64,000 nt of DNA, taken from Octopus sinensis (taxonomy: Eukaryota). The notes below the pieces were generated by a model. That model saw nothing but the letters and a program-made list of their open reading frames with translations, was not told the DNA's origin and made no database searches. Within the stretch, counting starts at the first letter, position 1, and each line of letters opens with the position of its first letter. Location: positions 112,406,001 to 112,470,000 of the forward strand of contig NC_042998.1 of the NCBI RefSeq assembly GCF_006345805.1, read 5' to 3'. Below, one piece after another: positions 40,171 through 51,946 of this stretch. The translations under genes were made by a program, and so were the position numbers.

Positions 40171-40989
40171 TGATATTTGTATGTATGTATGTATGTATGT
40201 ATGTATGTATGTATGTATGTATGTATGTATGTATGTGTGTATTTATATGTGTGTGTGTCTGTGTATGCGTGCGTTTCAATGCCTTTTTTAACCCAACTGC
40301 GGCAAAAATTCTAAGTTACAGTCAGCTACCTTGCTTTATGTGTACTTTAACTGTGAATAGGTTTACTTGTATATAATTCATAAGCATAAATTTATCTTCA
40401 CAGTGCAAAAAGACAACGTCCCTTAATCAGTGCGCGCGCGCGTGTGTGTGCGTTTACACATTTATGATAAAGAAGTATAGCCATCATACACAAACCAGCA
40501 GGACATGGTAACATGTATCATGTCATCACTAATTGTTTTATATGTCTATGTATCCGGGAGGGGGTGCAGACATAGAAATTTTCTCGACACTCTCACCCTT
40601 GACTTGGTGAATATCAAGGATATCACAGCAAGAGAGGAGGGGAAGAGAAGGCTACACCAGCACTAAGGTGTTTTTTTTTCATCTGAGAAGACGAGATCAA
40701 TGTGATAAAAAGCAACTTGCTCTAGGACACATTGAGCCACCCGATTCATTAATCGAACCCAATTCCTCATGACCGTGTGACTAGCACCGTAACCATTACT
40801 TAGGATAAGTTTACTCTTATCAGACGGACGTGTATAAAGCTTTAGAATTTAAGCACACTCCGACACGCGCACACACAGCTTCTATACTATGGTTAGTTAA
40901 TGATGCACCTTGCCAGCGAGTGTATGGTTATGCGAATGAGTAAAATCAGTAGCTGTGGGGTAAATCGATTATGATATATTATTATTAGC

Positions 40990-41292
40990 AGCTTCGTCTG
41001 TCTTTACGTTCTGAGTTCAAATTCCACCGAGGTCGACTTTACCTTTCATCCTAGAGTAGAAAAGATTATTAAAAAATGGAAGCGAGCTGGCAGAAACGTT
41101 AGCACGCTGGGCGAAATGCTTAGCGGTATTTCGTCTGTCTTTATATTCTCAGTTCAAATTCCGCCGAGGTTGACTTTGCCTTTCATCCTTTCGGAGTCGA
41201 TAAACTGAGTACCAGTTGCGTACTGGAGTCGATCTAATCGACTGACCGCCTCCCCAAAAATTTCGGGCCTTGTGCCTAGAGTAGAAAAGAAT
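40990..41292 (+). mobile_element. SINE family A, one partial and one near full copy
   Basis: GCGAGCTGGCAGAAACGTTAGCACG...AGTTCAAATTCCGCCGAGG...CCCCAAAAATTTCGGGCCTTGTGCCTAGAGTAGAAAAGA. Confidence 0.85.
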
Positions 41293-42191
41293 TTTATTAG
41301 CATTTAACAGTTCTTGTAGAATAAATGCAGTAAATTCTTCTTCGTAAACTAGCAATAATCAAGCGATACACGTCGAGCTGGTCTTCGGTTCGTTCTAGAA
41401 AAAGAACTTGGTGGTTTAACGATGAGTTCTTTTAAAACAGTAAGGCAAAGTATGTGTTTATGTAATGAGCGCATGTAATCTGTTTTCAGATTATGCATAC
41501 ACACAAATACAAACACACACACATATACATACATATATATATATGAGTTTGTATATATATAGACAGAGAGAGAGAGAGGGGGGGGGGAGAGAGAGAAAGA
41601 GAGACAGACAAACAGACAGACAGAGAGGAGGTACATTGGGCGATAGCTGGATAGACAAATGGTTAAACAGATAGTTAAGCAGAGAGCTGGAGGTGGAGCG
41701 AGATTTAGTTCATTTTGTTTTTCAGTGCTAGAAAACAGAAATCATCCTAAAATTGGTGCTGAAATGCACTCTTTCTTTCTCTCCATCCTTTTCTCTTCCT
41801 AACCAAATTTCTTTCTTTCCTTCTTTCTCTATTTCCTTTTTCTTGTTTCACTTTCTTCTTTTTTTCTCTCACTATCTCTCTAGCTTTATTAGCCTTTCTA
41901 TCAAACATCCATTTCCATATTCTTACTTGATCTGGTATTCTGGCAAACAGGTGAATATAGCATGCAATATTTTCTTCCATGCTGTGTATATGATACAGTT
42001 CCTGTGATGCCACAGCAACAAATACACTAATTTTTTTTTATATTTTTACTAGTACCACTAATTTGCCTTTCTTCAATTTGAACATGGTTTTTCCCAATGT
42101 TTTGATACAGGTGCAAACAGGTTCATGCATAATTTAACAAGGCAAAAAGGACTATGTTGCAAATATGCATACAAACACAAACACACACACA

Positions 42192-42231
<40 letters not shown>

Positions 42232-42241
42232 ACACACACAC

Positions 42242-42274
<33 letters not shown>

Positions 42275-42442
42275 GCATATATATATATATATATGTATAT
42301 ACAAAAAGATATATATGCATATATATGTGTATGTATTTACATATATCTATATATACATATATGTGTGTGTACGTATATGCGTGTATTTGTGTATTGTGTT
42401 TGTATATATACACACACACACACACAAACTCATATGTGCGCC

Positions 42443-42487
<45 letters not shown>

Positions 42488-42669
42488 ATGTGCGTGTGCA
42501 TGTGTGTGTATGTATATATGTAAGTATGTATGTAGGTATATATGCATATGCACAGATAAATCTACATAAATACATATACATACATATGAATGCTGTGGTG
42601 AATGCGCGTTACAAGTTAATTTACGTTATAACAAAGTTTCTTTCTAAATAATGAATATTATTTATTCTT

Positions 42670-43130
42670 TTATCCAGTTACATAGAGATATGTTTTTGTG
42701 CATCGAGTCGTGACACACTGACATATAACTGACAGCAACGGATCCCAATTGTAACAGCAACGGATCCCAATTGTAATCCAGTCACTTTTGATATCTCCCA
42801 TTGGCATTTCTGAATGGACATCGCAAAACATTTTACAGCTTTCAACCTCAAACTGGGTGTTACAGAGAATGATCGTAGCTCTTGTGATAGGCATATCCTC
42901 ACTTGCCTCACATCTTGGCAATTGTTGTTGCTTCAGTTGGATGTGATATTAGTTGTTTGTCTAAGAGCCTTGCGTTGTTGCACAAATGTGTGTCATCCAA
43001 GTTTCTGAAAAGAGTGATAGATTATTGGGGATTTTTTTTCTTGAGTACGAGTCTGTGATGGACACATTTGGTAGCTCCGTACTGGTAAGGAACGTGATAG
43101 GTAAATTTACAGTTTGCTTGGGATCAAGAA
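42670..43130 (-). mobile_element. Decayed Helitron RepHel (PIF1-like helicase) C-terminal fragment
   Basis: Minus frames give HRLVLK..ITLFRNLDDTHLCNNARLLDKQLISHPTEATTI..EDMPITR..NTQFE and QLYVSVSRL, aligning with L.LK...ILLRNL.P..LCNGTRL....L....IEATI..EDVLIPRI and HGQLYVA.SRV. Confidence 0.75.
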
Positions 43131-43487
43131 TAGTGTATACACACTTCTACACAAATTCACCTACATGCAACTGTTGAATAATTTTTCTCGACCTAATTGA
43201 GTAGGGCTTGTATTGCTCATTTAAGAGCCATTTGTGGTTGTGGAGCTTCTGTTGAATTTTTGGAAAGACTGTCCCAAATTCTTGTACTAGAATCAGATGA
43301 GTGTTCCTGAATAAGTTGCTCAAGATAACTTGCTCGAGATGCCACGCAGCGAAAACAAACTAATGATCTCGAAATTGTGAAACGAACTGCTAACCAATCG
43401 GTCACACTGCATTCACAAGCACATGTACATACACATATACACATATATGCATGTATACATACATACATACATACATACATACATACA

Positions 43488-43519
<32 letters not shown>

Positions 43520-43895
43520 AATGTGTGTGTGTATGTATGTGTGTGTGTGTGCGTGTGTGTGTGTGTGTGCAAAATTGTCAGAGAGGACAACAAACGTTAA
43601 GGCAAGGTAAATATCTCAAGTCATATACATTATTATTATTGGAATGAGAAGGGTATAGATTAATGAAATGACGACATACAAGACAGGAGTAAAGGAATGA
43701 GGAGATGAAGAGAGAGAAGGAAAAAGAAGCATATGAGAAAGGTAGATAGACAAGGCCACGTCTGAGAGAAAATTCCTTTCAGGGTTCCGTGTTGTTCTTG
43801 TCATGATTCTTTTCTGTTTTCTTTCGGTCTCAAAGGCAGTTCGATCTTCATTATTGAAGAAGGAGACATTGGAAGCTATAGTACGTGACCGCTTG

Positions 43896-43952
<57 letters not shown>

Positions 43953-43999
43953 AATTAGATAGGGGTTGTAAATGCAACCCTCCATGGGATAACATATAT

Positions 44000-44360
44000 C
44001 CAATATACTGCTAGTGATGTACCCCCGAAGAGGCCTTACGATATTTTTGTAAATGTCTCATTTATAACTACATATTGACCTACCACACATGGCTAATATA
44101 AGTAAAATGAGACATACTTATCTGCATGGCCGAAACAGCTGTAAGATGTAGTTTATATTTATATTTATTAATATTTATATTCTCTTATACATATTGTACT
44201 TATTGTATCATATTACTCCTTTATGGACACTCCTTTATGTACACTGTTTTGTTCTATATTATTATGTTTGACCTTAAAGTTTCTTATGTAGTGGTTTAAT
44301 AAAGTATGTGATTGGGTATTATCTGGTAGTTGATATTTGATTTGGATGTATTTCTCCATT
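44000..44360 (+). mobile_element. PLE-like terminal region with extended-stem-II hammerhead-like motif (44025-44143)
   Basis: CCGAAGA-GGCC...GGCC-GAAA-CAGCTG-TA with palindromic ACAGCTGT; the T-rich flank is similar in character to PLE termini. Confidence 0.45.
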
Positions 44361-44369
44361 TTCTTATTT

Positions 44370-44406
<37 letters not shown>

Positions 44407-45269
44407 AGTAGTGTTCTATTAAAAATACAGCTAGAACTTAGTTGTGTCTTCAATAGATATTTTGTGTATGTGTAATTGCGCGCGCGATCGTGTGTGTGCG
44501 CGCGTGAGTACGTGTCTTCGCGCGCAATCAGAGTTCTACATACAAAGATTAGTAAAGGGCTATACAGATGCTGGAAAAACTAAATTCCTTTTAAAAGTTT
44601 TAATAAAAGGATAGTGACAGTAATTTAATATTCTTAAGATTTTATAAGGTTTACAGTTTCACCAAAGCAGTTTGTATTTGAGTGGCATTTAAGCATTTTG
44701 CCTTGAGGTTATATAATTAGTATTAAAAAAACTATTGTTATAAGATATACTAAAACACTACCCTACCTTTTTTTGTTTTTGATAATGGTTTAAAATATAC
44801 AGGGCGGGAAATTGGCAGATTGTTTAGACAGTTGACTAAAATACCTTGCAGTATTAATTTAGATTCTCTGCGCTTTGTGTTAAAATCCCACCGAGATCAA
44901 TCTTGTCTCTAATTCTTTTGGTGTTGATAAATATATTAATACTCCGGGGCGATGATTTGGCGGGCTTGCCTCGGATTATATACAATGTTATGACTGTTTC
45001 GGCTCTTTGCGATGTGAGTTCAAATTCCACTTAGTTATCTATGGCCATGACTAATCACCCAACAGTGGCCGCATCTCATCCAACCCACAATTGGTAAGAA
45101 TGAACAATTAAGTCTTCAAGTAACGTAGACAAACTGACAACTGCATGCTGAGGTTTTAATGGATAGACAATGGAATAGAAAATAATACGTAAAATAAAAT
45201 ATAAAATCCAAAATAATTTAAACACGAGTTAAAGATAAGTATATTAAAATATAAATAAATTTTACGGTT

Positions 45270-45570
45270 TAATTAGTCATACAGATTGCACATGACTTCT
45301 GGGTCTGGTGGAAAAGGGAAGAAAATCCCACAGGTTGTAGCGTACTGTGTCGTTAGAGTTGCCCTCAAACTAAAGACATGATTGAAATGCTTGAAACAAG
45401 GTCAACGTTAATGAAAGAGGATCAGGTAATTGTGCTTAAACGGGAGGCAATTAGATCTCCCAAAAGTATAATAGTGACATATGACGATATACATCCCAGC
45501 ATGGAAAGAACGGATGGAACACTCAGTAGACTGCAGTACCAGAGCTATCTTGGTTAAGGGATCATTTAAT
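45270..45570 (+). mobile_element. Possible Ty3/Gypsy integrase zinc-binding region remnant
   Basis: DQVIVLKREAIRSPKSIIVTYDDIHPSMERT resembles RVIVP...R..IL...H..HPG..R. Confidence 0.35.
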
Positions 45571-46866
45571 TTTACGAAGCTCACGAGGGGAGTTAAATTT
45601 TAGTGTTCCAACATGCGTCCATTCACAAGCTTTTATACAGCGTCTCAGTCTCAGAAGTATTATGATAAACGCATATAACTATTTAAAGCATATTACATAT
45701 ATATAATATTGACACAAGTATATAAAAATGCTTAAACAATCTAACCGTCTCTCTTTTTTTTTCTTGATGTAACTGACTGATCTGAATTGTACAGGACACA
45801 TTTATTGAGTTATATTTTATATACAAAAGGAGAGGCTGAAACCATCAATATTCCTGCAATGTATTGACACTCACCGCCTTACCATTTTTCATATAACTTG
45901 AATCGATTATCAAGTCATTCAATGCTTTTATCTTTGAAAAGAAAAATGTGTTCCTTAGGCTACACATGGTTCTACAAGTACTGTAACGCAGAATTGCATC
46001 TGACGAAACATGTCGCCTATCAAAAGGTAACTCAAGAAAGAATAATACAAAATAAGGCATTAACTATCTAGTAAAAAAGTGAATCTCGATAGTAAGTAGT
46101 AGATGAAGGAAGTGTGTGTTCAATGCATATAAAGTATATTTATATATGTTCAAACACACAAGCATGCGTACATACATCTACACATACATGTGTACATACA
46201 TGCACACGGACGGACAGACAGATAGCCATACAATATACATGCATGCATGCATTCATGCATACATGCATACATACGTACATGCATACATACATACATACAA
46301 GACTAAATACCATGTATAGCGGATCAGGTTGTCTTAACCTTTCTTCTGTTTACGATCTCAATAAAATAAGTATCTAACGAAGCTGAGAGAGGTTAAGACA
46401 GACAGAGAGACAGGCAGACAGAATTAAAATGAAAGACAATTATAATTAGTTGTTATTAAACGAGGAGCGTTAGAGCAAGTGTAGCTATATGGAATTCACA
46501 TTACTTTGGACTGATAAGCCCGAAGTTGAAAAGAGAATCAGCAGTTGAAATCACCATATGGAAGAACGTAATAAAAAAAATCAGGAATGCCTACATTAGT
46601 AAACAAAAAGATCATAACTACGAGACTATTGTGTATGCCCAAACTATCACAACTTCCAGTAAAGGCAAAAAAGTACTTTACAACCAATTAGCACAGTCAA
46701 ACTATTTATGGGAGCCTTCAATATAAGGATAGGGAAAGACTATAAAAGCTGGCTTATAGCTATAGACAAAGAATATTTTAGCTTTTTGTAACGAGTTTGA
46801 TTAAGAGTTACAAACATAATAACGAAAATAGAACACAAGACAGAGAAGATCCACTCATTAACATAT

Positions 46867-47106
46867 GATTGATTGCGTTATACACAACAGCAGGATAAAA
46901 AGGGGCAAAAAATAACATGAAGGTCTTCTGTGACGTGCTCGAAGAAATCAGGAAACCCTACAGGAAGAGCCTTAGCATACGAAAATCAATTGATTAAAAC
47001 GAATTGTTCTCAAAGACTTGTGAATATATGGAAGAGGTGGACTTAATACTTTCAGCATCTGCTCACTTCCATCAATACAAACAAAATATTCTCCCGGATC
47101 CCACAT
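46867..47106 (+). repeat. About 240-bp dispersed repeat of unknown class, copy 1 (copies at 51706-51946 + and 51294-51415 -)
   Basis: CGTTATACACAACAGCAGGATAAAA...GGAAGAGCCTTAGCATAC...CAAAATATTCTCCCGGA.CCCACAT shared at roughly 85-90% identity. Confidence 0.9.
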
Positions 47107-47181
47107 AATCATACATTAGATGTCGAGTAGTTTCCAAAAATATGTAGTATAGAATGCAAAATATTCTGTTTCTCGCTACAG

Positions 47182-47220
47182 CAGGTGAAATGTAAAGAAC
47201 AGGACAAGTTCTTGTAAATG
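47182..47220 (+). other. Candidate short non-coding or 5'UTR exon ending in ATG
   Basis: Acceptor TTCTGTTTCTCGCTACAG (NAGNAG: CAG CAG) and donor ATG|GTAAGC at 47221; stops in all three frames before the terminal ATG. Confidence 0.45.
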
Positions 47221-47399
47221 GTAAGCGTTGACCTTACTAAATAATTCAATATTCATGAAATATGGTTGTCCTTACACTCAACAACACACAATATATATGC
47301 TGGAACAAATGGTATGAAACATGGGTATGTACTGGTACCTACACTATCTCCATCATCCTTGCAGCAAAGTTAGAGCAGGCTTTCCACGATCTTTAGGAT

Positions 47400-47433
<34 letters not shown>

Positions 47434-48346
47434 CTCCACCTAACTGTATATATAACTCCGCCTAACTTCAATATTGCCTATCTTAAAACAAAAACGAAAT
47501 TACCACACATAAAAATTCTAGCAACATAATCACTGTATCGGATGGTAGGTTGCTGATCACTCATCATCCACAGACGGTCGTATATGCATTTTCCACTATA
47601 TCTAAAATATTTGACCTAAAGGAAAGAATTTTAAAAAAGTACTATTCCAGCCAAGCTCTATGGCATCGAAGAAATATCAGAGTTGCTGGCATTTTCTGTA
47701 AACTGTACAAGTGTTTACATATCCTGGTTGTACGGTATTAAAAGACGAATATATATACCCGTTAAGCTATAGAAGAGGACGTCAAAGATAAGTATAGCGT
47801 TTTGATAAGTATGTTTATGCCTCTGGACAATGATCACGTTTCCACCAGTCTCAAATGTAAGATCTGCAGGGAAATCGCCCTATACACTGCATGGTGTAAA
47901 AACCTAAATGTTATATGTTAATTTTGTAAAGAAATATCATGCCTTCAAGATGGATCTCAATCATAAATATGGTTCTAAATGTGAAATTCTACGGCTAGCA
48001 GAATAGCCAAATTTGGAATATCACCTCACCAGGAAAAAAGCCTAACTAAATATAGCATGAAAGATTGCACAAACACATCTTTGTATACATAGCAACAAGA
48101 AGAGCGAAGAACCCATACTCGATTCCACCTACGTTCGAGAGATACCTTAGAAAGAAAGTTACTAAATAAAACATATAAACGTGAATGTCATGAATTTCTA
48201 CAGCCCACCAGAAGGATATCAGGGAACTGGTGGCCACATGACAAGGAAAGCAGTTATGATTGCTAGCGATTGACAACGTCGTATCAAATGTAAGCGCATG
48301 TGCGTTGTAAGTGTATGCATATTGTACATATATATGTATAAGTATG

Positions 48347-48436
<90 letters not shown>

Positions 48437-48552
48437 CATATATATATGTGTGTGTGTGTATGTATATATTTATATTATATATATATATAATATATATATA
48501 TATTATATATATGTATATATTTATATATATGTATATATTATATATATGTATA

Positions 48553-48642
<90 letters not shown>

Positions 48643-48655
48643 GAGAGAGATGGAC

Positions 48656-48734
<79 letters not shown>

Positions 48735-49045
48735 CAGATAGATAGATATACATATATATACATATATACATACATATTTATGTGTGTGTGCATATATGAA
48801 TGTGTGTGTGTTTATGCGCGCGCGTACGTGTGCGTGTATACAGTGACAGAGAAAGGGAAAAGAAATTAATAAAAATAAAGACAAATATAATAAATAAACA
48901 GACGAATGAATAAAATAAATTGATTCTCTAAAACAATGAAGTTGTTCTTGATGATCTGTTGGTGTAATAGCAGTAAGAAACTAAACTGGTATTGCAGGCT
49001 CTGTTGTTAGCGTCCCCATCCTCACTGCAACCATAAGGGATCAGT

Positions 49046-49086
49046 TTAGTTACAAAGCATGATGTCTCTCGTCAATTCATCACCAC
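49046..49086 (-). CDS. Candidate terminal coding exon (G-GDELTRDIMLCN*), product unknown
   Basis: Very strong minus-strand polypyrimidine tract and TGCAG acceptor at 49087-49140; phase 1 is compatible with the candidate exon at 50100-50264. Confidence 0.3.
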
Positions 49087-49449
49087 CTGCACAAGGAAAG
49101 GAAGGGGAAACATTTGTAAAAAGGAAAACAAAAATGGGAAAAGAAAAGATAAATTCGAGTGAGTCGAGTGATGCCAACCTAATAACACACGTAAATTGAT
49201 TCTGTTTCCCGCCCATTCTATGTAGATGGTGTTTCGGTTAGTTTGAGTCCTGCGTTTCCATCCAGATTAAAGCCAAAGCAACCGATGCAAGCCACTCACT
49301 TTGTTATAATAAACTTCAATACCACTAAGAAAAGTGTGTAATTGTAATTTTGGGTTATTTTGTTTGTTTTGGTTTTGGTTTGGGGGGTTTTTTTTTTGTA
49401 TTTTTTTTTTCCAAATTATTACACTTCTAATAAATATGATATTACTCGT

Positions 49450-49770
49450 TATAAATACTGATTTAACACGGAGAATTATAAATGGTCATTACAAATACTG
49501 ATTTAACACGAAGGAAAGACGTTGGCCTATCGTGTCAGTGATTAGTAAACGTAATCCAGACATTACGACACTGCTTTAAAACAGAAATGCGAGACACCGG
49601 ACCACTAAGCGGCGACCGCTTTACTGATTAGCAAACGTATTCTAGACATTAAATTTACCAGTAGAAAACAAGAATGGAAAAATAGCCCCACAAACGGGAC
49701 GCTATCGATTAGCAAATATTTCTTATACATATCTTCCTGGAGTTTATACGAACGTCCGATCGATAAACAT
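49450..49770. promoter_or_regulatory. Candidate cis-regulatory cluster of repeated motifs in a TE-free island
   Basis: AAATACTGATTTAACACG x2 (49453, 49493); TGATTAG(T/C)AAACGTA(A/T)TC(C/T)AGACATTA x2 (49539, 49625) plus a third GATTAGCAAATA (49707); (AT)CGAT motifs at about 49704 and 49759. Confidence 0.4.
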
Positions 49771-49907
49771 TTCTTTTTAATTTAAGCAAAAACTTCACGT
49801 ATTATAGTAACTAATCCTAATCGGTCTGTTTTTCTACCCGCGTATTTCGTCTTCTCTTCCTCCTTTTTTCTTCTTTCTAATCTTTGTCTACTTCCACCAT
49901 TCTACAG

Positions 49908-50078
49908 TTACAGGAAAGTTCTTGAAGCGTACGAAAATTTGCTGTTCGAAGTTTATTGTTCTTATATTCAACTAGCTTCATGCTTCTTCTTCTTCTTCCC
50001 CCCACCCCCTTGTCTCGTAAATTTGTTGCCGGCATCATCGTCGCCCATATAGTGTCTTGTTATTGTTGTTCATCGCAG
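49908..50078 (+). other. Candidate non-coding exon
   Basis: Long polypyrimidine tract with CTAAT branch-like motif, TACAG acceptor at 49907 and consensus donor CAG|GTAAGC at 50079; closed in all frames. Confidence 0.45.
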
Positions 50079-50099
50079 GTAAGCTCTGATCTAACAAAC

Positions 50100-50264
50100 C
50101 TCTCATTAAAAGATCAATCGTGATCAACGTTCTTTTTCTTACAACACATTGTTTAAAGTTTTCTTTTAACACAGTGGGGTAGGATTTGATAGAAATTTGG
50201 ATAATATTTCCGATTGGTCGAACCATCGTATAAAAGCCGTAGTTATCTTGGTTATGATAATCAC
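50100..50264 (-). CDS. Candidate internal coding exon (phase 1-1, 165 nt), product unknown
   Basis: Acceptor TTTTTTGCAG, donor G|GTTTGT, single open frame DYHNQDNYGFYTMVRPIGNIIQISIKSYPTVLKENFKQCVVRKRTLITIDLLMR. Confidence 0.3.
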
Positions 50265-50566
50265 CTGCAAAAAATTATAACAAACATTTCTAATTCATAT
50301 GCTTTAGGCTGACAGATCTGGCAGTTAGAAAGTAACTATTTATTGGTATCCATCCTACAAGAGCTCGGGATATGATACTGTAAGGTAATCTAGAAAACAG
50401 AATCTGAAAGGAAAGTTTTTTTCCTTTTTCCAGCAGACTTCACTGTGATCAAATGTTAACGTTGCATTCTCCTACGTCATCACAACTTCAACTCCGGCGT
50501 ATCAAAAGGACTTAGAAATTTCCGTTTACCAATGTGATGCTCACTCATTACAGACATGGGTATATA

Positions 50567-50569
<3 letters not shown>

Positions 50570-50625
<56 letters not shown>

Positions 50626-50770
50626 AGTAGTAGTAGTAGTAGTAGTGGTGGTGGTGGTGGTGGTGGTGGTAGTAGGAGGGGGAGGAGGAGGGGAGGGTTA
50701 GGGAAGGGAGAATGAGGAGGAAGTTGGGGAGGAGGAGAAAGATGGGAGGAGGAGGAAGATGGGAGGAGGA
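50570..50770. repeat. Compound trinucleotide repeat (AGT)n-(GGT)n-(GGA)n
   Basis: Direct reading. Confidence 0.95.
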
Positions 50771-50859
50771 GTTGTGGCCATCTCGACATTTCAAACATCG
50801 TCATCAACAAGTTGCTTTACCTGTGTCCAGGGCCCTCAGCGTGCCAAGGACTCTCCAGT

Positions 50860-51260
50860 TATCTTTGTGTTGTATTGGGTACATACAGACTAGCTCTTGT
50901 TTCCAATCCATTCTTTCATGTCATCAATCCTTAGACGTCCTTGCCTGTGTCTCGCCCTCTTCCCCTCCTCATTTTCTATCAGGATTATCTTGGGCAATAA
51001 TTCGTGGTGCATTGTATGTCCAAAATATTATAGCATGTGGAATTGATTCTTGGCAATATGGGATCTCTTAACTTTCGGCTTTTCTAAAACTACCCTATTT
51101 TCCAGCTAACTCTGCTTAATCTGCAGGATTTTTTCGTATCTGTCCACATTATCCGGTATATCATTCCTCACTTCCTAAGACGGTAGGATGTGATTTGAGA
51201 GAGAAGCAGTCACTATTTCTCACAGTTCGGATAAATACAGAGTAGATTCCTCACCGGCTC
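50860..51260 (-). mobile_element. RTE-clade LINE 3' fragment, degraded
   Basis: Minus strand ..ENEEGKRARHRQGRLRIDDMKEWIG resembles GKR.RGR.R..WIDDIKEW.G. Confidence 0.55.
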
Positions 51261-51293
51261 GGGGTACACACACACACACACACACACACATAT

Positions 51294-51674
51294 GATTTTA
51301 GTATGCTAAGGCTCTTCCTACAGGGTTCCCTAATTTCTTTCAGCACGTCACAGAATCCCTTCATGTTATTTTTGGCCCCTTTTATCCCAGTCTTGTGTAT
51401 AACGAAATCAACCATAAATATATACACATACATACATACATACATACATAATACATATATATGTATATGATTGTATGTATGTAAGTGTATGTATGTATGT
51501 ATATATATATATATATATGATTGTATGTATCTATGCATGTGTATGTATGTATGTATGTATGTATTATGTATGTATGTATGTATGTGTATATATATATATA
51601 GTTAATCCAAACAAGAAAACACAAAAAAACACACCAACGCGAGGACGTGGAACAAATAAAGTATTGTTGGACGC

Positions 51675-51706
<32 letters not shown>

Positions 51707-51946
51707 TGGTTGATTTCGTTATACACAACAGCAGGATAAAAGGAGGCAAAAAATAACATGAAGGCCTTCTGGGACGTGCTCAAAGAAATTAGGGAACCCT
51801 GTAGGAAGAGCCTTAGCATACTAAAGTCAATTGATTAAAACAGATTGTTCTGAAAGACTTGTAATATATGGAAGAGGTAGACTTAATGCTTTCAGCATCT
51901 GCCCACTTCCATCAATACAAACAAAATATTCTCCCGGAGCCCACAT
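51294..51946. repeat. Inverted pair of the unknown 240-bp repeat (51294-51415 minus; 51706-51946 plus) around a 290-bp microsatellite/PLE-end spacer
   Basis: 51294-51415 is the reverse complement of about 51706-51830 at roughly 90% identity. Confidence 0.92.

Noticed and set aside
49000-49086. In-frame TGA as selenocysteine in the phase-0 frame (VVMN*RETSCF...)
   Set aside because: No SECIS element identifiable and no selenoprotein motif; the phase-1 reading or a non-coding exon is simpler.
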